Origin: Candidatus Neomarinimicrobium atlanticum
GTDB lineage: Bacteria; Fidelibacterota; Marinisomatia; Marinisomatales; Marinisomataceae
DNA length: 64,000 nt
Direction: 5' to 3'
NCBI GenBank assembly: GCA_000402815.1
Contig: AQSA01000002.1
Location: 9,062 to 73,061, forward strand
The position numbers were made by a program, and so were the translations under genes. Of this stretch, positions 9,467-17,840 are shown piece by piece. Under the pieces are notes generated by a model that was given only the letters and a program-made list of their open reading frames with translations, was not told where the DNA came from and made no database searches. Every line of letters begins with the position of its first letter. The first letter of the stretch is position 1.

Positions 9467-10042
9467 TTATAAATATTCAATATCTGACTTTTCTAGCTGC
9501 TCTTCTTCGGGTGTAAAACCAAAAGAATATATATAGCCTAAATACATTGCATAGACAAGGAAGAGTATACTCATGATTGCCCAAATAATATTTTCTGAAA
9601 AAATAGCTGCAAAATAACTCATTACAAGATCAAAGGATGCCCCAATCAGCATCATAGGTTCAGCAAACACTAACATGAAGGGTGAAGTAAAAATTGCTAA
9701 ATATTCAATTGATCCTTCATACATAGAACCATCCATGTTGAAAGCAAATCCAGTATATAAAAAATCTCCTATAAGAACACCAAGACCTGATATAAGGGCA
9801 CCAAAAATTGATGTGTATTTTAATGTATCCAAAGACACTTCTTTAGATTCTTCATCGGTTATATTTTTTGTAGTGGTATAAAAAATCACTTTACCGACAA
9901 TATAACCTATTCCAATAGCAAAAATACCTATACCTAAATCAGTTATAATCATTGTGATAGCATATACAGATGCTGCAATATTTGAGGTAATAGTGGCACA
10001 CATCATAACAATTAATATCAATAAAAATTTGTTTTTAATCAT
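9467..10042 (-). CDS. Hypothetical polytopic membrane protein (island cargo)
   Basis: 191 aa with several long hydrophobic segments and an acidic C-terminus (TPEEEQLEKSDIEYL). Start is 1 nt after the stop of the upstream gene. No family recognised. Confidence 0.45.
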   Translation of the reverse strand: MIKNKFLLILIVMMCATITSNIAASVYAITMIITDLGIGIFAIGIGYIVGKVIFYTTTKNITDEESKEVSLDTLKYTSIFGALISGLGVLIGDFLYTGFAFNMDGSMYEGSIEYLAIFTSPFMLVFAEPMMLIGASFDLVMSYFAAIFSENIIWAIMSILFLVYAMYLGYIYSFGFTPEEEQLEKSDIEYL

Positions 10043-10043
10043 A

Positions 10044-10379
10044 CTACCCTAGTACCACAAAAAAATATATAAAAGACATAACAGAAGATAAAATTGCTAT
10101 TATTGGGATTAAGCATCCTTGACCACCACTTCTTTTTTTATCTTTTATTATAATTTTTTTTACTCCATGGATTGGATAATTTTCATTAGAGCTACTAAAA
10201 ACATCATAAAAAAGTTTTAAACAATAATCTACATCCTCTCTTGAATAGTCTGAAAAAACAATATACATCGTTGATCTATAAATGGTTTTCGTGGTTCCCA
10301 TTCTTTCATTTTTGAAAATTATCTCTTTATAAATATAATCATTAACCTTAGGCCATAATTTATCTCGCTTCTTGCTCAT
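10044..10379 (-). CDS. Hypothetical tail-anchored protein, short paralogue (C-terminal SGGQGCLIPII + TM helix)
   Basis: 111 aa. Basic and soluble N-terminus without a signal peptide. Single hydrophobic helix at the extreme C-terminus. The C-terminal ~70 aa resemble the end of the 10408..11118 product. Confidence 0.45.
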   Translation of the reverse strand: MSKKRDKLWPKVNDYIYKEIIFKNERMGTTKTIYRSTMYIVFSDYSREDVDYCLKLFYDVFSSSNENYPIHGVKKIIIKDKKRSGGQGCLIPIIAILSSVMSFIYFFVVLG

Positions 10380-10407
10380 ACATATTCATCCTTATTTTTT
10401 TTCATAT

Positions 10408-11118
10408 TTAAAGAATTAGTACCCAAATTAATAAGCTAAGACTTGATAGTGACATAATAATTGGCACCAAACATCCACTACCATTACTACTATTTTTATA
10501 AACATGTAGTTGTTCAAAAATCTTATCCATATCATTTTCTGAAAAATAACTGTATTGCCTTAAATCGTTTCTTACTTCCATTTTTCTCGCAGAAATTGGA
10601 AATCCTTGCCCTCCCGAAGAAGGAAAAAATCTTGCTGCATAGAGTACTTCAAATTCTTGCAGAATAGACATTCCAAAATTTTCATTGTCTTTTAATTTCG
10701 TAAAAATAAAAGTTTTAAAAGACCAATATGTCATTGCAATATTGTATGAAGGTTGATCGTCTTTTGAAATACCCAAAAAACTTTTTGTATCAAGTGCAAA
10801 ATCGAAGATTTTTTTAACTTCAGTTTTTGTGCAGAACATCTTTCCATGAAAAGCAAGTTTGTAAAAATAAATCTGAAGAAGTACAGACAGAGATCCTAAA
10901 AAATTTTCTGTATCTTCAATACCATATTTTTCATATAAATCATCTTTGCTTTCTAAAAGAATTTCTTCAATAGGAATTAATGATTTTCCAGTAAATCCAG
11001 GTGCCTTGACAACACTTTTATCTTTAATAAGCTGAACATCAAAAGGTTTAAAATTATCATGATTTTCTTTACAAATTTTTTTGAAAAGATTAACTAAGTC
11101 TTTTTGATTTTTATTCAT
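10408..11118 (-). CDS. Hypothetical tail-anchored protein, long paralogue (C-terminal NGSGCLVPII + TM helix)
   Basis: 236 aa. No signal peptide. Internal SSGGQGFPIS. The terminal SSNGSGCLVPIIMSLSSLSLLIWVLIL is hydrophobic. No family recognised. Confidence 0.45.
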   Translation of the reverse strand: MNKNQKDLVNLFKKICKENHDNFKPFDVQLIKDKSVVKAPGFTGKSLIPIEEILLESKDDLYEKYGIEDTENFLGSLSVLLQIYFYKLAFHGKMFCTKTEVKKIFDFALDTKSFLGISKDDQPSYNIAMTYWSFKTFIFTKLKDNENFGMSILQEFEVLYAARFFPSSGGQGFPISARKMEVRNDLRQYSYFSENDMDKIFEQLHVYKNSSNGSGCLVPIIMSLSSLSLLIWVLIL

Positions 11119-11165
11119 AATAAATAAATCTAACGATTATTTAGAGTAGATGTCTATTGTAAATA
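11114..11165 (-). promoter_or_regulatory. Start-proximal leader element, copy B (upstream of the 10408..11118 gene)
   Basis: The core at 11126-11165 is 38/40 identical to 9423-9462, with identical 7-nt spacing to the ATG. Confidence 0.5.
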
Positions 11166-11215
11166 TTGCAATAATAAGATTTGAGGGATTATTTTCATCT
11201 GAAAAAGTTTATAAT

Positions 11216-11286
11216 AGTATTTAGCAGAGTATTTAGTTGAGTATTGAGTAGAAAATTCGCTCTTTCTAAATACTTTTCGCAATACT
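11216..11286. repeat. Right island border: five phased copies of AGTATT(T/G)NG (three direct, two inverted) at 12-nt spacing
   Basis: Direct copies at 11216, 11228 and 11240. Inverted copies CTAAATACT at 11266-11274 and (CG)CAATACT at 11278-11286. Confidence 0.65.
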
Positions 11287-11288
11287 CT

Positions 11289-11321
11289 AAAAAAAAGGGG
11301 CAAATTAATGCCCCTATTTTT
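11289..11321 (-). terminator. Intrinsic terminator downstream of accC
   Basis: A8-GGGGCA-AATTAA-TGCCCC-TATTTTT. On the minus strand the 6-7 bp GC stem is followed by a run of 8 U. It lies about 70 nt past the accC stop. Confidence 0.7.
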
Positions 11322-11390
11322 ACCTGTTTCTTTTGAATTTTATCGTCGAGAAATCAACTTCTTGTAAAGGGTAAAAAATTAGTCCAAAGG

Positions 11391-12779
11391 TCAGATGTAT
11401 ACATCAAATTCTCTGGATGATTCAATTTTCTCCCCTTTCATTTTTTTAAGAAAATTACTTAAAAAATTTATGTCAAAATTTCCATTAATAAAGTCATTAT
11501 TTGATAAAATCATTTCTAATAGTGGCAATGTTGTTTTTGGTCCCTCAATAAAAGTTTCTTGTAGAGCTCTCTGCATCTTAATAATAGCCTTTTTTCTTGA
11601 AGAAGAGTGAACAATTAACTTTCCAAGCATAGAATCATAAAATGGCGGTATTTGGTATCCTGCATAAATATAAGAGTCAATACGTACTCCAATACCCCCT
11701 GGAAAATTAAGAGAATCAATTTTTTTGGGAGATGGTGTAAAATTATTGAAAGGATCTTCTGCATTTAAGCGACATTCAATAGAATGACCTTTGCTTGTAA
11801 TCATATCCTGATTAAAAGACATTTCTTTACCGTAGTGCATCTTAATCTGTTCTTTTACAAGGTCTATCATATAAACCATTTCTGTTACAGTATGCTCAAC
11901 CTGAATTCTGGTATTCATTTCAATAAAATAAAAGTTTTTATCTTCGTCTACTAAAAATTCAACTGTTCCAGCTCCAACATAATTTACTTTTTTAGCTAAA
12001 TCTAAAGACTTTGAAGTAAGGACTTGCCTTAGCTCTGCATCTACAAAACTAGATGGACATTCTTCAATTAATTTTTGATTATTTCTTTGTACAGAGCACT
12101 CACGCTCTCCTAGATGCACATAATTACCAAATTTATCACCCAATACTTGAACTTCAATATGGCGACCATTATTTATAAATTTTTCTACATATATTTCAGG
12201 ATTATCAAAAGCCTTACTTGCCTCAGATTGTATAATGCTAAACCCTTTTTCTGCTTCTTTAGCATCATGTAATACTCTCATGCCTTTTCCACCGCCGCCA
12301 CCAGAAGCCTTTAACATGACTGGGTATCCGATGTTATTAGAGACTTCCAGAAGCTCATCTACAGAACTCAATACATTGCTACCAGGAACAATCGGTACCC
12401 CTGAGTCTTCAGCTACCTTCCTTGCATTAACTTTATCACCCATTAAATTAATAGTATTAGAATCTGGTCCAATAAAACAGAATCCATTTTCTTCACATAT
12501 TGCACTGAATTGGGCATTTTCTGCTAGGAATCCATACCCAGGATGAATTGCATCAGCATTAGAAATTTCGGCAGCTGCAATGATTCTAGGTATATTTAAA
12601 TAGCTTTGCAATGGTGGGCCTTCACCAATACATATTGCTTCATCTGCAAATTTTATATGCAATGAATATTGATCTGCTTTCGAATAAACAGCTACGGTTT
12701 TAATACCCATTTCTTTACATGCACGAATCACTCTTATGGCAATCTCGCCTCTATTTGCAATGAGTATTTTTTTGAACAT
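11391..12779 (-). CDS. accC: Acetyl-CoA carboxylase, biotin carboxylase subunit
   Basis: MFKKILIANRGEIAIRVIRA, GGGGKGMR, EMNTRIQVEHTVTE. Confidence 0.95.
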   Translation of the reverse strand: MFKKILIANRGEIAIRVIRACKEMGIKTVAVYSKADQYSLHIKFADEAICIGEGPPLQSYLNIPRIIAAAEISNADAIHPGYGFLAENAQFSAICEENGFCFIGPDSNTINLMGDKVNARKVAEDSGVPIVPGSNVLSSVDELLEVSNNIGYPVMLKASGGGGGKGMRVLHDAKEAEKGFSIIQSEASKAFDNPEIYVEKFINNGRHIEVQVLGDKFGNYVHLGERECSVQRNNQKLIEECPSSFVDAELRQVLTSKSLDLAKKVNYVGAGTVEFLVDEDKNFYFIEMNTRIQVEHTVTEMVYMIDLVKEQIKMHYGKEMSFNQDMITSKGHSIECRLNAEDPFNNFTPSPKKIDSLNFPGGIGVRIDSYIYAGYQIPPFYDSMLGKLIVHSSSRKKAIIKMQRALQETFIEGPKTTLPLLEMILSNNDFINGNFDINFLSNFLKKMKGEKIESSREFDVYI

Positions 12780-12782
12780 ATT

Positions 12783-13250
12783 TTATTCAGAACAATTTAA
12801 GATAAACAAAGGTTGGTCAAATTCAACTGGGCTACCATCTTCAACAAGAATCTCTTTTACAGTTCCACTTCTTTCACATTGAATTTCATTCATAATTTTC
12901 ATTGCTTCTACAATACACATGGTATCACCTTGACTAACTGAACCATTAATTTGTATAAATGAATCAGAATCTGGATCTGGAGATGAATAAAATGTTCCAG
13001 GCATGGGCGAACGAACAGTGAAAGTATTTGCATCTACTTTAGGAGAAATAATATCTTCTTTATCTAAAGGAGCGCTATGTTTATCTACGGTTGACGTAAC
13101 TACATTTGGTGATAGATTGCTAATATCAGAATTTATAATTGGCGGTTTTTTAGTAACTTTTATTTTTCTAAACCAAAATCTGACTTCTATTTCATTTATG
13201 TCACTATTTTCTAGTATATATATAACTTCTTTTAGTTTGTCTTTCCACAT
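12783..13250 (-). CDS. accB: Acetyl-CoA carboxylase biotin carboxyl carrier protein
   Basis: C-terminal biotinyl domain with the EAMKIMNEI biotin-lysine motif. Directly upstream of accC. Confidence 0.9.
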   Translation of the reverse strand: MWKDKLKEVIYILENSDINEIEVRFWFRKIKVTKKPPIINSDISNLSPNVVTSTVDKHSAPLDKEDIISPKVDANTFTVRSPMPGTFYSSPDPDSDSFIQINGSVSQGDTMCIVEAMKIMNEIQCERSGTVKEILVEDGSPVEFDQPLFILNCSE

Positions 13251-13254
13251 AAGA

Positions 13255-13824
13255 TTATTGCTTTACTCTTTCAGAATAAGTACCAGTCTTTGTGTCAATT
13301 TTTAAAGAATCGCCCTCATTGATAAATAAAGGTACTTGAAGCTCAAGTCCTGTTTCCATTTTAGCTGGCTTTGTTGCATTTGTTGCTGTATTTCCTCTAT
13401 GTCCAGGATCTGTCTGAATAACCTTTAGAATTACTTTTGCTGGAAGATTAATATTAATAATATCGTCTCCATCAAAGACAAGATCTATATTCTCTCCCTC
13501 CTTAATGTATTTATGGCCATCCTGCATCATTAACTCAGAAACTTCGACCTGATTAAAAGTTTGATTATCCATAAAAATATAGCTAGATGCATCTTTATAT
13601 AAATATTGGAATTGACTGGAAGTGACCCTAATAAACTCTAACTTTACTCCAGCATTAAAAGTTTGATCAATCACTTTACCTGACTGAATATCTTTTAATT
13701 TTGTTCTAACGAATGCTGGGCCTTTTCCTGGCTTTACGTGCTGAAACTCTACAACTTTCATTCTTGAGTTTTTAAAGTTTAATATAGATCCGTTTTTTAT
13801 ATCTGCCGTTGTACTCATAGTCAT
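13255..13824 (-). CDS. efp: Translation elongation factor P
   Basis: [15 protein letters not shown] (conserved modified-Lys loop). 189 aa. Confidence 0.9.
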   Translation of the reverse strand: MTMSTTADIKNGSILNFKNSRMKVVEFQHVKPGKGPAFVRTKLKDIQSGKVIDQTFNAGVKLEFIRVTSSQFQYLYKDASSYIFMDNQTFNQVEVSELMMQDGHKYIKEGENIDLVFDGDDIININLPAKVILKVIQTDPGHRGNTATNATKPAKMETGLELQVPLFINEGDSLKIDTKTGTYSERVKQ

Positions 13825-13845
13825 AACTTAATTTATTTAATTACT

Positions 13846-14715
13846 TTATAATAGTTTTCTTACAATTTTTTTTGCTAATTCTAAATCATATTTTTTTTCA
13901 GTTTCACTGTATTCTTTATTTGCAAATTTTACTGAATCAATTTTTTCTAATAGGCTTAATAAATCTTTATCATCAAAAAAAGTTTTTAATTCTTGTGAGG
14001 TCATTTCAAACGAAATAATATAAAATTGATTTTCCAGATATTTCTTTAGAATTACTGAAAGCTTATTATAAAAAACTTCAGACGATATATCTTTAAACTT
14101 TAAGTTATTTAACTTTTTAACTGAATCTTTTTTTGGATCTTTATTAAAAAATTTAATTGAATTTAAAGAAATATTACTATCTCTTTTTTTCCATAGATAG
14201 CATATAAACAGAAAGAGGATAATTATAATTAATATCAAAGCTAGTCTGTATTTCTCATAAGGGAATCTAATCTCTTTTATAGGCTTATCACTTTGAATAT
14301 TAATTATAGAACTATCAATGACAGAATCAACATTTATATGCAAAGAGTCTGTACTAAATATTGTGATGTCAGTAGAATCTGGAAAGTTAACACTAAGAAG
14401 ATATGGCGGGATAACTACTTTACCGGTATCCCAGAATGTTATTTCAAAATTAATATTCAAAGATTCATATAAGGTATCTATTGTTGAGCTTTTGATTATG
14501 ACTTTAGACGAATCAGATATCCATAGCGAAGAATCAGACCATTGCATTTCTTCAATAAAATAATGCTCATCAAGATTATCAATATTAATATTCAGATTTA
14601 CAGGATACCCAATTTCTGTTTTTTCAAGATCTAGCTCATAACTTAAATTGGTATCTTTTAAATTATTCGAACAGCTAAATAGTAAAAATAAACAAGATAT
14701 AATAACTATATTCAT
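13846..14715 (-). CDS. Hypothetical lipoprotein with internal TM helix, BatD/DUF4381-like by context
   Basis: The ORF 13846..14829 overlaps DUF58. An internal Met gives MNIVIISCLFLLFSC (lipobox-like LFSC). Mid-protein TM LALILIIIILFLFICYLW followed by KKR. Lies downstream of MoxR-DUF58, as in Bat-type operons. The start position was derived by residue counting. Confidence 0.35.
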   Translation of the reverse strand: MNIVIISCLFLLFSCSNNLKDTNLSYELDLEKTEIGYPVNLNINIDNLDEHYFIEEMQWSDSSLWISDSSKVIIKSSTIDTLYESLNINFEITFWDTGKVVIPPYLLSVNFPDSTDITIFSTDSLHINVDSVIDSSIINIQSDKPIKEIRFPYEKYRLALILIIIILFLFICYLWKKRDSNISLNSIKFFNKDPKKDSVKKLNNLKFKDISSEVFYNKLSVILKKYLENQFYIISFEMTSQELKTFFDDKDLLSLLEKIDSVKFANKEYSETEKKYDLELAKKIVRKLL

Positions 14716-14719
14716 AAAC

Positions 14720-15598
14720 TTAAGTGCGTTTAGCTCTTCTTTTGAAAAAGCGAGTAAGTGCCTTAATATAATCTTCATTAGTTCCAATTTGTAGCAAATC
14801 AAAACCAATATTTTTACATCTTTGCGCAAAAGTATTTAATTTTTTAGAAAAGTCTTTCGAAAAATCTGATCGCACTTTTTCATTAGATGTATCAATCCAT
14901 ACTCGTTCATTTGATTCAGAATTATGCACTTTTATTAAACCTAAATCTGGGAATTCTTTTTCAAAAAGGTCATATATTTGTATACCTATTACATCATGAT
15001 TAAAGTTTAAATATTTCATTTCTGTCCAAAAATTATCATCTATAAAATCTGATATTACAAACATAACATTTTTTCTTCTAGAAATCTTGCTTGCAAATTC
15101 AAGAGCGTTTTTAATAGATGTTTGACTTTGCTTTTTATCATAATCATGATTGACAAGATCAGTAATTAAGCGAAGCACATGTGATCTACCTTTTTTTGGA
15201 GGTATATATTTAACTATATCATCGCTAAAAAGAATCAAACCGACTTTATCGTTATTTTTTATAGCAGAAAATCCTAACATTGCTGCAATCTCAACTCCTA
15301 AATCAATCTTCAATTTGCTTTTAGACCCAAAAACACCCGAACTACTAACATCAATAAGAAGTAGAACTGTTAGCTCTCTCTCTTCTTCAAAAACTTTTAT
15401 ATGAGGCTTTCCAGTTCTTGCTGTAACGTTCCAATCGATAAATCTGACATCATCTCCATGTTCATACTCTCTTACTTCTGAGAAAGTCATACCACGACCT
15501 TTAAAATTTGAATGATAATCTCCGCCAAAAAAATCATTTACAATATTCTTGGTTCTGATTTCTATTTGACGAACTTTTTTTAGTATTTCTTTAGACAT
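14720..15598 (-). CDS. DUF58 domain protein (VWA-like, MoxR partner)
   Basis: GDYHSNFKGRGMTFSEVREYEHGDDVRFIDWNVTAR is the DUF58 signature. Adjacent to a MoxR ATPase. Confidence 0.8.
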   Translation of the reverse strand: MSKEILKKVRQIEIRTKNIVNDFFGGDYHSNFKGRGMTFSEVREYEHGDDVRFIDWNVTARTGKPHIKVFEEERELTVLLLIDVSSSGVFGSKSKLKIDLGVEIAAMLGFSAIKNNDKVGLILFSDDIVKYIPPKKGRSHVLRLITDLVNHDYDKKQSQTSIKNALEFASKISRRKNVMFVISDFIDDNFWTEMKYLNFNHDVIGIQIYDLFEKEFPDLGLIKVHNSESNERVWIDTSNEKVRSDFSKDFSKKLNTFAQRCKNIGFDLLQIGTNEDYIKALTRFFKRRAKRT

Positions 15599-15607
15599 AA
15601 ATTAAAA

Positions 15608-16606
15608 TTATGGAACAGGAATTTCTTTAAATAGCTGATCAATCAATTCCTCTGATGTCACTTCTTCTGCCTCTGCTTCATATGACAACAACATTCTATG
15701 CCTTAAGACATCTTTTCCTATATATCTAACATCTTCAGGAATAACATATCCTCTTCCATCTATAAATGCTTTTGCTTTAGCTGCTAATACTAAATTGATA
15801 GATGCTCGCGGAGAGGCTCCAAAACTAATCAAATCTTTCAACTGGCCTAATTTAAATTTTTCGGGGTTCCTTGTAGCAAATACTATATTTAGTATATAAT
15901 CTAAAATTTTAGGTGCAATATAAATATCATTAAGAAGGGATTGAGCCTCTAAAATTGTTTTAGAGTTAACTACAGATTTCTGTGTTGTATCTATATTAGT
16001 TCTAGCTACCCTGGACAAAATTTCTTTCTCTTCTTCCATCGAAGGGTAATCAACAAGAACTTTTAACATGAAACGGTCTACCTGTGCTTCTGGCAGTGGA
16101 TATGTCCCTTCTTGCTCAATCGGATTTTGTGTTGCCAGCACAAGAAAAGGTAGATCTAATTTAAAAGTTTCTTCTCCAATTGTAATTTGTCTTTCTTGCA
16201 TTGCTTCAAGCAAAGCACTTTGAACTTTAGAGGGCGCTCTATTAATTTCATCTGCTAATATAATATTAGAAAAAATTGGTCCCTTCTTTGTCATAAAATC
16301 ACCAGTCTTTTGATTGTATATTAAAGTTCCAAGCAAGTCAGCTGGCAACATGTCAGGGGTAAATTGAATTCTTTTAAATTCTGAATTAATTAAGTTAGCT
16401 ACAGTATTGATAGTTAGAGTTTTCGCTAAACCAGGAACACCTTCTAATAAAATATGACCATTAGATATTACAGATATTAGAATTTTATCTATAAGTTCAT
16501 CCTGTCCAACAATTACCCTTCCAATACCTTCTTTCAAATCTTTAACAAATACTGACTTTGTTGCAATTTTTGAATTAAGTCGATTTAGTGCATCCTTATT
16601 CATCAT
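15608..16606 (-). CDS. MoxR-family AAA+ ATPase
   Basis: Walker A GVPGLAKT, ADEINRAPSKVQSALLEAMQE, ATQNPIEQEGTYPLPEAQVDRF. Confidence 0.85.
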   Translation of the reverse strand: MMNKDALNRLNSKIATKSVFVKDLKEGIGRVIVGQDELIDKILISVISNGHILLEGVPGLAKTLTINTVANLINSEFKRIQFTPDMLPADLLGTLIYNQKTGDFMTKKGPIFSNIILADEINRAPSKVQSALLEAMQERQITIGEETFKLDLPFLVLATQNPIEQEGTYPLPEAQVDRFMLKVLVDYPSMEEEKEILSRVARTNIDTTQKSVVNSKTILEAQSLLNDIYIAPKILDYILNIVFATRNPEKFKLGQLKDLISFGASPRASINLVLAAKAKAFIDGRGYVIPEDVRYIGKDVLRHRMLLSYEAEAEEVTSEELIDQLFKEIPVP

Positions 16607-17795
16607 TTTCCTTTTTTATAATATGCTGAGCTTCAAAAGTGCTATTTGTCAACGGCACTAAAAACCCATTACTTTTCTTTATATTCAGCTCTCCAGCTAA
16701 ATCTAATACATTTTTTCCAGAGATTGAGACTCTTAAATCTGTTATTCCATTGAGGTTACTATTATCTAGCATTGCAAAATATATATCTGTTCCATTTACT
16801 GTTAAATCTAAATATGGTTCCAATATTTCTTCAAAATTAATAGTTCCTGAAACTTGTAAATTTGGTTCTTTCTGAAGCTTTAATCTTACTTTTGGATTAG
16901 TTACAGAGCCTAGCAAATTAACTTGTCCTATATTGTTTATAATATTTAAATCTAAGCTGAGATTTCTGATAGATTCAGGCTTCAGATTTACTGGAAATTT
17001 TATTAGATCCATTTTTGTATCTCTTACCCTTAAAATGCCATTTAATATTTGAGTATTTTCGTCCGTTGAAAAATCTGGATCTTTTATATTTATATCAAAA
17101 TAAACTGACTCATTTTTATCTTCAAGTAAGGATACGTCTTCGAATAATCTTCCTATATAATAAGCTGGAAAGTCTTTATGTGACTGTATATCTAGAGAAT
17201 AACTTTGAATATCTGATCTATTATTAGATTGATTAATGTTTAAGGATATAGAAAATTTTCCTATCTCTGAATCACCATCAAATAATATTCCATTGTCTGC
17301 ATTGATGCTCAATGGAAAAAAATTATTGTCTTTTAGTGTATCTCCACTAGCCATACTATCAAAATATTTGATATTTAGAACCGGCTCTTTTAGATGAACG
17401 TTAACACTGCCAATCAAAGAATATAGTATCTTCTCGGTATTAAAAAAATTATTACCCAATAGCATAATATTTGTATAGGATAAACTGGTCCGTAGAGATG
17501 CATTGTTTGCACTTATAAACCTATCATCACTTTTATTGATTGTAATATCTTTAAATAAAAGATACACATCTATCTTGTCGGTATTTGCAATAAGATTAAT
17601 CGTAGATGATGAATCAAAATCAATATTATACTGTTTTGATAAAGATGCAATAGTGGGGTTTGATTTATTAATTTCAAATTCAAGCCCTTTCCCTATATAT
17701 ACATATAAAGAAACACTAATAATCACAATGAACAAAAAAAAAGTTAGTGCTATGCTTAGAAATGTTTTTAGTATTTTGTTTATTAGGCTATTCAT
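16596..17795 (-). CDS. Hypothetical N-terminally anchored beta-rich protein (weak AsmA/TamB-like C-terminus)
   Basis: N-terminal TM LSIALTFFLFIVIISVSLYVYI. Asn/Ser-rich repetitive body. C-terminal GSVTNPKVRLKL...VSGTINFEEILEPYLDLTVNG is reminiscent of TamB DUF490. 11-nt overlap with moxR. Confidence 0.3.
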   Translation of the reverse strand: MNSLINKILKTFLSIALTFFLFIVIISVSLYVYIGKGLEFEINKSNPTIASLSKQYNIDFDSSSTINLIANTDKIDVYLLFKDITINKSDDRFISANNASLRTSLSYTNIMLLGNNFFNTEKILYSLIGSVNVHLKEPVLNIKYFDSMASGDTLKDNNFFPLSINADNGILFDGDSEIGKFSISLNINQSNNRSDIQSYSLDIQSHKDFPAYYIGRLFEDVSLLEDKNESVYFDINIKDPDFSTDENTQILNGILRVRDTKMDLIKFPVNLKPESIRNLSLDLNIINNIGQVNLLGSVTNPKVRLKLQKEPNLQVSGTINFEEILEPYLDLTVNGTDIYFAMLDNSNLNGITDLRVSISGKNVLDLAGELNIKKSNGFLVPLTNSTFEAQHIIKKENDE

Positions 17796-17840
17796 TTGCT
17801 CAAAAACTAACCATTAATAGCCTAATAAAAAATCTAAAAT

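Larger units (their letters stand above)
7614..11237. mobile_element. Degraded integrative island (truncated integrase plus 5 cargo genes) bounded by a 21/22-nt direct repeat
   Basis: AGTATTTAGCAAAGTATTTAGT (7614-7635) versus AGTATTTAGCAGAGTATTTAGT (11216-11237). The integrase remnant abuts the left repeat. Cargo has no housekeeping assignment. Contains one of the window's three plus-strand genes. Core genes gcvH and accC flank it. Confidence 0.5.

Noticed and set aside
10044-11118. Interpreting the G-C-L-[IV]-P-I-I plus TM tail as an exosortase/rhombosortase/archaeosortase-type C-terminal sorting signal (PEP-CTERM, GlyGly-CTERM or CGP-CTERM-like)
   Set aside because: Both proteins lack an N-terminal signal peptide. 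The tail has no terminal basic cluster. No sortase-like processing enzyme is encoded in the window. Tail anchoring is the simpler reading.
11216-11286. Possible CRISPR or mini-CRISPR array because of regularly spaced repeats
   Set aside because: The units are 9 nt at 12-nt spacing with 3-nt gaps, some copies are inverted, and there are no cas genes. This is not CRISPR architecture.
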